Shown piece after piece: positions 13,242-24,367 of a stretch of 64,000 nucleotides of DNA. The stretch covers positions 35,402,001-35,466,000 of the forward strand of contig NC_043010.1 in assembly GCF_006345805.1 (NCBI RefSeq), given 5' to 3'. The number at the start of each line of letters is the position of its first letter. The stretch's first letter is position 1. The notes under the pieces were generated by a model, which saw only the letters and a list, made by a program, of their open reading frames with translations, was not told where the DNA came from and did no database searches. The translations under genes were made by a program, and so were the position numbers. This DNA is from Octopus sinensis (taxonomy: Eukaryota).

Positions 13242-13629
13242 ACTATTATTATATATTTATTATATGTTGTTGTTGTAGATTGGAGGAATTATTAAACATC
13301 AGACAAAAGGTTCTTTATGTTCTGTATTCAAGATGATTACTTGATATTGCTTATGATGGTTGACAAGAAACCATTGTATAATAAACAGAAAAGGTCAGAG
13401 AGAGAATAAAGCAAAAGTTTTAAGTAGAAACTTTTGTAAGATCATAGCTTTCCATATTACTATCCTCATCTTTACATGCCATTGTTTCGAAGCATGTAGT
13501 AAAATAACTGTCGTTATTTTGAAACTAATATTAAGGACCTAAATTAACATGGAATTTTGAGGGAAAGTTTTGATTCAGATCAATTTAAAGCAACAAGTTT
13601 GTTGCTTGTTGAAATCAAAATCAAAATCA

Positions 13630-14060
13630 AATTCGATGACTGGCATCCATGCTAGTGGAGCACTAAGAGCACCATCCAAGCGTCATTGTTGCCAGAGCAG
13701 CAAACTGGCTTCCATGCCAGTGGTACGTAAAAAGCACCATTTGAGTGTGATCATTACCAGTGTCGCCTTACTGGCACATGAAAAAACATTCAAGCAAGGT
13801 CGTTGCCAGTGCTGCTGGACTGGCGCCTGTGCAGGTGGCACTTAAAAACATCATTTGAGCGTGGTTGTTGCCAGTACTGCCTGACTGGCCCTCGTGCCGG
13901 TGACACGTAAAAGCACCCACTATTCTCGGAGTGGTTGGCATTAGGGAGGGCATCCAGATCAGACTGTAACCTGGTGCAGCCATCTGGTTCGCCAGTCCTC
14001 AGTCAAATCGTCCAACCCATGCTAGCATGGAAAGCAGACGTTTGACGATGATGATGATGA
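13630..14060 (+). mobile_element. SINE/non-autonomous family C with internal gtggcacgtaaaaagcacc repeats and RTE-like (GAT)n tail
   Basis: Ends ccaacccatgctagcatggaaagcagacg...gatgatgatg. Other copies at 15145-15385(-), 28040-28519(+), 32090-32520(-), 40390-40530(+). Confidence 0.75.
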
Positions 14061-14259
14061 AGTTTGTATCATAGAACACAAGGTAATTCTCAGGCACGTT
14101 AGTATGAGAAGGATTAAAGTGTATTCTTTTATTCTTTTTCTTGTTTCAGTCATTTGTCTACATAGATCTCCAGTTATCGGCAGGAGTTTTATTTCTTTAT
14201 ATATACATAGTTCCCTACCACAAGGGTCCAATCTTGATTGCACTGTAGTGCCTCAGTGA

Positions 14260-15010
14260 CTCTGAGAGATACGCCTACAGGGTGCAAGATTTTGGTAAGG
14301 GCCTCCCATGCTGAATAAGTTAAGGGGTCAAAGGATAGAGGTCAGACTAATATTGGTTTCAAATTTTGGCACCAGGCCACCAATTTTAGGGGAAGTTTAA
14401 GTCGATTACATTGACCCCAGTGTTCAACTGGTACTTATTTTATCAACCCCGAAAGTCAGCCTTGGTGGAGTTTGAACCAGAAAGTAGAGACAGATGATAT
14501 GCTGCTAAGAATTTTGCTCAACATGCTAATGATTCTGCCAGCTCACTGCCTTAGAAGCCAGACTATTATTGGTTTCAAATTTCGACTCAAGGCCAGCAAT
14601 TTTAGGGGAGGGGTAAGTTAATTACCTTGGCTCCAGGGATCAACTGGTATTTATTTTATCAACCCCAAAAGGATGAAAGGATAGTTAACTTGGGCAGAAT
14701 TTGAACTCAGAATGTAAAAATGGATGAAATACTGCTAAGCATTTTGCCTAACATGCTAATGATTCTACCAGCTCACTACCTTAGCAGCCAGACTGATATT
14801 GACCACCTCTTCCTAGAGGTAAAATTAGGTTTGCTTAGGCCCACCACCCATATCTAGAAAAAAGCAGTATTCCAAAAGCATCAATGATAGTTCAAAACCA
14901 ACAAGACCTGAAAGAGGAAAAGACAGCCCAGTGTTGAGAACAGTGGAGAAAAGTAATCAATAGCCTATGCCTCATATGGAGCAAACGGCTTCAGTATGTA
15001 GTAAGTACGT
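14260..15010 (+). mobile_element. Non-autonomous RTE-like element carrying two tandem family B SINE insertions
   Basis: Colinear with the uninterrupted copy at ~17345-17676; three copies of a 20-bp target (14336, 14552, 14782). Confidence 0.75.
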
Positions 15011-16468
15011 AGTCCCAGACTGGATTCAGTTGCATTTAACTTGAAATTCTTCTCTGGTAATTGATACCTGCCTTGTAGTGATCTGATTCAAAAAGGTTCA
15101 CTGTCTTATTTTTATGCTGTATTGCTTCTTAAATATCATTGTCGTCATCATCATCATCATGCTCGAATGGTGCTTTCAGCATGCTAGCATGGGTTGGACG
15201 ATTTGACTGAGGTCTGGCGAACCAGATGGCTTCACCAGACTCCAATCTGATCTGGCAGAGTTTCTACAGCTGGATGCCCTTCCTAATGCCAACCACTCTG
15301 AAAGTGTTGTGGGTGCTTTTAAGAGTCAGACAGTACTGGCAACGGCCACACTCAAATGGTGCTTTTTATGTGCCACCTGCACATAGAAATGGCTTCTTGT
15401 TTAATGACTTTCAAGATTCTGTTTTTTTTTTGGGGGGGGGGGGTTGCAGAGGGAGTCCTTTTCTTGATATCATCTTATATAGACATATACCACACACACC
15501 ATAGCTCATCTTCTCTATCTTTGGCACATTGAAAGCAAATCAAGTGCTTTAAGTCTAGCCACACATGTATGCAAGCATTGATCCTGTTTCAGCCAACATC
15601 TTTGCAAAGGATTACCATATTGTGCAGTGTTACAGTTTATTGAGGAAATTAAGTCTGGTTGCAATCTAAACAGAGATAAGGATTCACAGATACAAATGTG
15701 TGCAGATAAACAACTGAATGATATGTATCCTCAGATGAGAGATAAATTTTCCTCTGGCCAGAATATAATTCATTCCTTCTCTGGCTTCAGTCATTGGACA
15801 AACTTGAAAACTAGTGTTGATTTTATGGACTTCTTTTTTTTTACCTAAAGTCACTGCTTCACTCACATAATACCATCAACTAAAAAAATAAGAATTTTCT
15901 GTTAACCTGAGCCAAACAGGTTACTCTTTTACTTCTTTCAATCATTTGACTGCAGCAATGCTAGAGCACTGCCTTTAGTCGAGCAAATCGACCACAAAAC
16001 TTATACTGTGTAAGCCTAGTACTTATTCTATTGGTTTCTTTTGCTAAGTTATGGGGACGTAAACACACCAGCATCGGTTGTCAAGTGATGTTGGGGAGAC
16101 AAACACAGACACACAAACACTCACACATATATATGCATATATACGATGGGCTTCTTTCAGTTTCCATCTACCAAATCCACTCACAAGGCTTTGATTGACT
16201 CAAGGCTACAGTAGAAGACTCTTGCCCAAAGTGCCACGCAGTAGGACTGAACTCGGAACCATGTGGTTGGTAATCAAGCTACTTACCACATAGCCACTCC
16301 AGCGTCCTGAACCTTTGTTAAAGTCATCATTTGTCTTTTTTTTATATTTCATGTTATATTTTATTCTAATTCCAACAATTTTTGCTGTATTTTTCTTTGC
16401 ATTTTTTCTTTTATTATTATTTATTAATTAATTTACTAATTGGTTAATTTTAATTATGCATTTTGTAG

Positions 16469-16538
16469 GACTCTGGACAAATATAGAATTAAGCTACAAG
16501 TTTGGGATACTGCCGGTCAGGAACGATTTCGCTCAATG
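16469..16538 (+). CDS. RabX1: RabX1-like GTPase exon (G3/switch II)
   Basis: ttttgtag| ... |gtaaaa; TLDKYRIKLQVWDTAGQERFRSM; phase matches previous exon (TT|G). Confidence 0.95.
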
Positions 16539-17344
16539 GTAAAATTTTCATATCCTTATCAATGCATGTGTGTGCTGAGTTCTCTTTTGATGTATATCCC
16601 TTCCTCACTTCGCCGCAACACTATCCAATTTCAGCTAAATATACTATGTTCTGTAGCTGTTTAGCAAGCTTTTAGCCCACTAATTTAATATTATGTTTGG
16701 TCGTCCTTCGATAGTTGTAGGAATTAATCCAGTGAGGAACAACAACAACTTGTATGAGTTTTCAAAGACATCATGTACATGGAGTATTTATTCCAATCCG
16801 GGATGAGAGCATTTTACACTGCTTGTATATTAACATTCAACAGAACAGAATGGAAGTTGAATAAGAAAAGGATTTTGTCTTGCTGCCTTCCAAGAATGGT
16901 ATTGAGGATTTAACAAAATTCAAATCAATGCGGGGTTGCCCCGTAGCAGGAACATAGATGTAGAAGACGTAGTTAGCTGCATGCCGCGTGGGAGAGGAGA
17001 AGAGGATGTTACTTGGCTTTGCGCATCTTTTTATATCAATCTAACGAGTCACCTAGTTGGTAACTATGTGACAGGGGAGATGACTCTCATTAAAACCTGA
17101 CAACACTGGATTCAAATAAGGTTGTCATGGTAGTGGTGAAACATCAATGGTGCTTGTTATTTCTGCTACACTTAAGCTTTTATAATACCATTCCAATCCA
17201 ACCAGCTGATGTTCATCTACAGCTACATTAAAACTTCAGTATACCTTTGCTGGTTGGTCTCTGTTGGTTTTTAGGTCTACCTGTTCAGAATGGCTAATTG
17301 CAGTTTGGGCTCTTGTGATTTGTTCTGACCATCAGCACAAGGGT

Positions 17345-17676
17345 CCACTCCCTGTTGTGATGTGGGGGCTTGTGCGCCTTCATGATCCTGAGAGCACAAG
17401 CTCCTGGTAGGGCTTCCCATGCTGGACAGGTCAGAGTGTCAAAGGATAGAGGCCAGACTAATATGGACCACTTCTTCCTGGAGGTAAAAATAGGTTAGCA
17501 TAGGGTCAGTACCCCTACCTAGAAAAAGAGTTACAGAAGCATCAATGACAATACAAAACCAACAAGATCTGGGAGACGAAAGCCTTAAATAAAGCCTGGA
17601 GTCAAGAACAGTGATGAAAAGTCATCAATAGCCTATACTTCATAGGGAGTGAATGGCTTAAGTAAGTATATAAGTA
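17345..17676 (+). mobile_element. Non-autonomous RTE-like element (5' UTR-like head plus taagtaagta tail)
   Basis: ggcttgtgcgccttcatgatcctgagagc...cctggtagggcttcccatgc...ccagac head resembles RTE 5' UTRs; second copy at 14260-15010. Confidence 0.6.
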
Positions 17677-18556
17677 GCAACACCAGGGTGAGATTTGGGC
17701 TCATGACACAAGGATCCAGAACAGATAACACAAGGTATCTTGTCCAACACTTAAACAATTTTGCTAATTTCCCACTCTGCATTGTTTAGCAATTGATCCA
17801 AAAAGAATTTAAGACACAGTAGACTTCAGTGTGGTTTGAACTCTGAATGCAAAGAGCAAGAATGAATACTGCAAGGCAATCCAGCCAACACTCTATTAGC
17901 TCTGCCAATCAAACTACCTTACTTACATTGCATCTCCAGTCTGGAGCCATTCCTGCATCCTATCCAGAATAATCTATCTACTGGAAGATTGGAATCTTGT
18001 GCAGCTCCTTAGCTTGCCAGCCCTGGTCAAACCGTCCAACTCATGCCAGCATGGACAATGGATGTTAAATGATGATGATGATGATGATGCACAAGATCCC
18101 AACTGACAACCAACTTATTCTCTCCTCCCACCAATACCACTCAGCTGGTTTACCAAGCTTTCTATTCAAAGAAATAAACTTAGAGTTAACTCATGCTGAA
18201 CTTAGCTCAGATATTTGCTCCCCTTCCTTCTTTTCTCAAGCTGAGTACCTTAAATCAAACCTTTAATTGCCCTCTTCTTTCACTTGAATCTAAACCATAA
18301 GCTACTATTTGCAAACTTTTACAACTGATCCTTTTGCAAACTTTTACACAGATTCCTTTAAAACCCTAAAGCTGACTCCTTCCAAGTTGCTCTTTGTTTG
18401 AACTTCACATTAACTCCTTTTTTTTTCATCCTGGATTGAATCCCATGTGTTTAACTTCAAATTAGCTCCTTCCTTGTCTTGGACAGTAAGTTGACTTTAT
18501 GTGTTGAACATGAAGGTCTGAAGCTAATCTCTTGTACTGAAACTCTCCTTCCACAG

Positions 18557-18650
18557 GCCCCTATGTATTATAGAAAGGCTAATGCTGCATTACTGATGTA
18601 TGATATCACATGTAAAGATAGCTATTATGAAATCAAGGACTGGGTCAAAG
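18557..18650 (+). CDS. RabX1: RabX1-like GTPase exon (RabF4/F5)
   Basis: ccttccacag| ... |gtaaga; APMYYRKANAALLMYDITCKDSYYEIKDWVK; phase 0 in, phase 1 out. Confidence 0.95.
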
Positions 18651-19347
18651 GTAAGACACAAACCTTTTATAATTTGTGTGAGTAGGTGTTTAATTTTAAA
18701 TTTTAGTTAATTTTGTAAAATAGCATTTTTATCCCTTTGCATTTCAAATTGAAACTTGCCAGTGTTGAATTTGCTTTCATCCATCTTTGTGGAGTGAAGT
18801 GAGTTGAGGTTTGGTAAGATAAAAGATTGAACTACCATTGTTAGATATATTATGTCTGAAAAAAATAAAAAGATAAGAGGGTCCTGACTATAATATGGTT
18901 GGTCATAAGCCTGCTTGATCAGAGTTGATCTGTAGCTAAACAACCAGGATAACAATATGTGCCAATAAAAGAACTGCTATGCAGATGCATGACATTTGGG
19001 AAATAGTAACCAAATCTCCCTCAGATCACACCATATTATCTTTAAGAAGGAAAGATACATTAAGTAATGTTGTTCTTGGTATACAAAGTTTAGAAAGATG
19101 GTCTGTTGAATAAGGGATGAACTGAGGCTAAGCAGTAAGAATAACCAAAGATTTTTTATAGAAAGCGTTGTTCCAAAAATGGATATTAAATGTCTAAATT
19201 TATGCAAAGTGGAGAAATGATTTAATGAGGTTAATAGCAAACAAGAAATAAAGGAATTATTTTTTTAAAAAAACATCTATACAGCTATGTATTAATGGTT
19301 TATATTTGATTGTAACTCTTGACTTTTTTTTTACCTTTTATTTTCAG

Positions 19348-19377
19348 AGTTGAATAAAAATGTTGATACACCTATAG
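19348..19377 (+). CDS. RabX1: RabX1-like GTPase 30-nt micro-exon
   Basis: Strong polypyrimidine acceptor ccttttattttcag|, donor |gtaagt; (E)LNKNVDTPI fills the gap between WVK and VLCLLGNK; phase 1/1. Confidence 0.9.
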
Positions 19378-19608
19378 GTAAGTACTAAGCATATTGTTGA
19401 CACATTCCTTTTATGTTTTTTTGTGTAATGTTTTGTTGGAGTATTTAAGATATTGGCAGGCTTATATTGTTAGATGTTCAGGTATTGACATGTTCATTGA
19501 TATTCCACTCAGGTGACATACAAAGGGGAACATTTTGAACTACCTTGCTGGTAAGTGTGGAGTTATAGTGAATGAATGGTTAAGGTGTATTGATATTGTA
19601 ATTCCTTT

Positions 19609-19840
19609 AGGCGGCGAGCTGGCAGAACCATTAGCACGCCGGGCGAAATGCGTAGCTGTATTTCGTCTGCCATTACGTTCTGAGTTCAAATTCCACCTAG
19701 GTCAACTTTGCCTTTCATCCTTTTGGGGTCAATTAAATAAGTACCAGTTACGCACTGGGGTCAATGTTTTCGACTTAAACCGTGTGTCTATCCTTGTTTG
19801 TTCTCTCTGTGTTTAGCCCCTTGTGGGTAGTAAAGAAGTA
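19609..19840 (+). mobile_element. tRNA-derived SINE family B, young copy with 17-bp TSD
   Basis: Head ggcggcgagctggcagaa...gagttcaaattcc; exact TSD gatattgtaattccttt at 19592-19608 and 19841-19857. Confidence 0.9.
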
Positions 19841-21678
19841 GATATTGTAATTCCTTTCATTGGACATTACATGGGGATACATCACATGTGCTATCTATGG
19901 CAAGAAAACATCTTAAGACATGAATAGAATATCTTATTACATGTGAATTCACCTGTGACATGGAGATAAAGATACGCTACATAGTATTGGGAATACCCTG
20001 TACCATTGGAATCCTTGTGGCATAAAAATGCCTGCTGGGGACAGTGTCGGAATGGCAAACTAAAGTGTCGCCTGTTCATATATGACTGCAAACATCTTGA
20101 TTGTATTAATGTTATTACTGCACCATTTCCTGTCTAGATGAACTTGTCCACTAATTTCTTTCAGTTTAGCATTGATACACACCAAAGCAACACATATCAG
20201 TTCTAGACAATGTCTATGCCAGTTACAGCAATAAACTATCCCCCCACCTCCACTCTCTCTCTCCTTCTCTCTCTCTCCCCTTCCTTCCCTCTTATATTTT
20301 ACTTCAAATAAAAAGTCAGTATTGCTAAAATTATGATTTGTTCCTTGCCAGGCTTGTTAACAACACCCAGTATCAAAAACAGGGAGTAAGTCTCGCTGTT
20401 ACTATAAAGTGCATAGTAGTGTTTCTTCTGGTACTCTCTCTTTACTTGCTTCAGTCATTTGACTGCGGCCATGCTGGAGCGCCGCCTTTAGCTGAGCAAA
20501 TCGACCCCAGGACTTATTCTTTGTAAGCCTAGTACTTATTCTATCAGTCTCTCTTGTCGAACTGCTAAGTTACGGGGTCGTAAACACACCAGCCTTGGTT
20601 ATCAAGCGATGCTGGAGGACACACACACACACACATGATGGGCTTCTTTCAGTTTCCGTCTACCAAATCCTCTCACAAGGCTTTGGTCGGCCCGAGGCTA
20701 TAGTAGAAGACACTTGCCCAAGGTGCCACGCAGTGGGAATGAACCCAGAACCATGTGGTTGGTAATCAAGCTACTTACCACACAGCCACTCCTGTGCCTG
20801 TTATTATAATTGTATTGGACAAAGTCCATAAAGGTGTTTCTTCTGGTACTTTATGTTCGAAATTCAAATCCCACTGAGGTTGACTATGTCTTCCACCCTT
20901 TTGGGATTGCTAAAATAAAGTACTGCTGAAGAGTCAAAGTCGATTTAATTGACTTGCCCCCCTCCTCCCCTTAAAATTGCTGGCCTCGTGCCAAAATTAG
21001 AATTATTATTGCGCTTTTATAACCTGTGAATTTGCAGAGTTTAGTATTCAGTTGAATATTTTAGAAGGCGGTAAGCTGGCAGAATCATCAGTGTGTTGGA
21101 CAAGATGCTTAGCAGCACTTCTTCCATCTCTTTGCATTCTGAGTTCGAATCCCACTCAAGTCAACTTTGCCTTTCATTCTTTCAGGGTCGACAAAAAAAA
21201 GTGCCACTCAAATATTGGGGTCGATGTAATCAGCTAACCTCTTCTCCATAGAATTTCTGGCCTTGTGCCTAAAATTTGAAGCAGTTATTGTTGTCCTTTT
21301 ATCATTACTGTTGCTATCATTGTTGTTGCTCTTTACATTTTGTGGAACTGAGTCTAATCAACTTAATACCACATACAAAATCCTGGGATAAGGCATCTTA
21401 TCTCTCACACCCATCTTAGAACAGAAATGGTTGAGGGATAATGACTTTGGACATCAAATTGAAAGGTCGTGTGTTCAAATCCACTGCAAGTGCTTTGTTG
21501 TGTATCTAGACAGTTCACTTGATTTTAACACTGCTTCAGTTCAAGAAACATCTCATTTTCTTTATGTGTATGAGTAAACATTTATTTTATCCATATGTAA
21601 ACATGCTAATTTCCTTACTTTTCTTGTTCTACGTCTATATATTTCCTTATTACTTTTTCATTTTTCTTCTCCTTGCAG

Positions 21679-21804
21679 TGTTGTGCCTTCTTGGGAACAA
21701 ACAGGATCTGGAACACCAAAGAAGAGTATCCTCAGCTGAAGCCCAACAATATGCCAAATCCATTGGAGCATACTTCTTCGAAACATCAGCGTTATTTAAT
21801 ACAG
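21679..21804 (+). CDS. RabX1: RabX1-like GTPase exon (G4, G5)
   Basis: ttctccttgcag| ... |gtacac; (V)LCLLGNKQDLEHQRRVSSAEAQQYAKSIGAYFFETSALFNT, containing GNKxD and ETSA. Confidence 0.95.
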
Positions 21805-22450
21805 GTACACTTGAAGACTTTGTTCAACATTAATATCCAAACTTGTGTACCAGTTTTACTTCTGTATCTGTTACATACACATACAGATGGCAAAGTCCCT
21901 AAAGTAATATTTAAGGAAGCCTAAATAGATAAATGGAGGGAAACCCCCTTCTAGTAGTGAGGTCTTAGCTGGGGAGCCCACTAAACCACTACCCTATTTC
22001 TATTGTCTAATCAATAAGCTGTGTCAAGCCACTGCAGAACAGCAGCTAACTTGCATAGTTGGGGACATCATGGATCTGTTATATGCCCAGTATGTCAAGT
22101 AGACCCACAAAACACACACTGTTCCCAACCTTTCTAATATTCAGGCCAGATCTAAAACCTGGATTTTTTTAGGCGCTGCATCAAAAAAAGTAAAACACAA
22201 GTCAAAGATGCTTGAGGGCCACATGTGGACTTGAGAGCTGCCATTGGACTGAACCCTTAGCCCACATGGTTGGGGAGTAAGCTTCTCCACCACACAGCTC
22301 TGCTTGCACCTATGATAATAATTATATAATTGTATTAGTTATTACTTATTTAGTTCTTTAGGAGATTTTTCAGTGAATTTGACAACTACTAGTTTTTTTA
22401 ATATTTTTTGTTATTTGTTTAATGCTCCTTTGTTTTGTTTTTTTGTATAG

Positions 22451-22623
22451 GTATTGATGAAACATTTTTGAAATTAGCTCAAGGTCTCGTCGAATTAAGT
22501 GAAAAACCAAACTCTGGACTAAAAGTTCATCATTCTCCCTCTTTGGAAGGATATGAAACAAACAACACAGTGCAATTGAACGACAGATCAAAACCCAATG
22601 ATGAGAATAATTGCTCCTGCTGA
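22451..22623 (+). CDS. RabX1: RabX1-like GTPase last coding exon with CXC prenylation motif
   Basis: ttttgtatag|; (G)IDETFLKLAQGLVELSEK...ENNCSC*, ending in the Rab geranylgeranylation motif CSC then TGA. Confidence 0.92.
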
Positions 22624-24158
22624 ACTTAAACAATTACCAATTATTACAGTAAATATAATTGAGTCGAGATTGACAGGTGGTAATTGACTAACATATTGAC
22701 ATAGACTAGACACAAATTTGAAGGCAAACGAAACATGAAGTACCCTGACAAAAAAGATCCTTTTGATGCTGAATCTAACTATACCAAACAATTGCATAGA
22801 GGCTTCTTTGGAGTTAATGAAAGAACTGTAAAGTAATTACCAACCTACAGGAAATACCCTACAAGCCTCAAAAAGCAGGAACACACTGGATGATGAAGTT
22901 CAATGTACACTATACCTGTATAAAAGATGGGCTGATCACAGCTGGAATACCTTTAATCACAGGTCTGCTTGATCAGGGTTAAACAACAACATATGCTAGC
23001 CTATGCCCCATTAACAGATCATCTGCCTTCACTTTTTTCCTTTTTTTTTTTTTTTCTTTTACCAAAAATGACTCCTTCCAACAAATTGTTGATTGTCATA
23101 AATAACTTTGTATCTCTGTGACTATATATTTTAATATGCTATCAATTTCCCAAGACTAACATATATATATATATATATACATACACACACATACATAGAA
23201 GTAATTAATCTCCATGCTGATCAGGCACTTTTCATGTGGTGCAGGGAATATAAATAAACAAGTGCCCAAACATAAAATACACACACATACACACATTTGC
23301 AATATCATTAGTGTTATACACTTAATTCCATCCACTGCCCTCTCTCACTCACAAAATACATTCACACATATATACCTATGTATTCCTATACACACATACA
23401 TATATGAACACATACAAATACACACACATGCAAGCATACCCACACATACATTTAAACCTGTAGTTTCTTCCCATATTTTATTACCTTATTGCTTTTCCAT
23501 TTAAGCAGAAATTATTGAGCCACTCTATATTTGTGATATGGTTGCATGTGATAGGGATTACTAATGACAATAATATAGGAACTTAGTTAACCCATATTCA
23601 TGCCAAAATATCAGTAGATTATACATGTAACATTTTTGTGTATGTGTGTGTGTGAGTAAAGAGAAACAAAGGAAGGTTTTTAATTATAATATATTTTATA
23701 CATATAATTGGTTTCACAAACAGAAGAAAGTTGACTATTTTCTTTTTAGCTGAGAAGCTCCAAGAGATTCTCGAGTTTTATGCCAATGCACTTACCAAAG
23801 TTTGTTAAGCACATTAGTGTAAAACTCTCGAGGGACCTGGAACCTGATGGCTACTAGTGGTTAGGGTGTTTGGTTTACAGCTGTAATGTTGTGGGTTCAA
23901 TCTCTGGATCATGTGGTACTTTGTGTCCTTGTGTGTGGTACTTCATTTCATGTTGCTCCAGTCTACACAGCTGAAAGTGAGCACCAGCCTTGTGCTGCTC
24001 CAGTTCCTGCTCTCTCTCTAGTTGTCACAACCTGGGTATGCCCCTGGATGATAGAGAGGGAGAGTTGAGGAGGGTATCTATGTGAGCTTGCAAAGTATTT
24101 AAAACACAATTAGTGGAAGCATGGTACAAACTATTCTATATTTTTAGGATGAGGAATT

Positions 24159-24289
24159 ATGTACATTATTTACAATGGACGGATAGGAGTCCTCATCTTG
24201 TTTGTTAACACAACGTTTCAGCTGATGTACTCTCCAGCCTTCATCAGGTGTCGTGGTGGACCTATCCGTCCATTGTAAATAATGGGCAT
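24159..24289. mobile_element. Inverted-repeat relic, probably Penelope-like pseudo-LTR junction
   Basis: Perfect 24-bp inverted repeat 24164-24187 / 24261-24284 enclosing the hammerhead motif. Confidence 0.65.
24207..24252 (-). ncRNA. Minimal type I hammerhead ribozyme motif (Penelope-like element type)
   Basis: Minus strand GACAC-CTGATGA-A-GGCTG-gagagtacat-CAGCT-GAAAC-GTT-GTGTT: stem I GACAC/GTGTT, stem II GGCTG/CAGCT, palindromic AACGTT stem III, GUU cleavage triplet. Confidence 0.75.
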
Positions 24290-24330
24290 GTTACCAAGCC
24301 ATACTCATATATGGGTGACACTTGGCTCTC

Positions 24331-24367
<37 letters not shown>

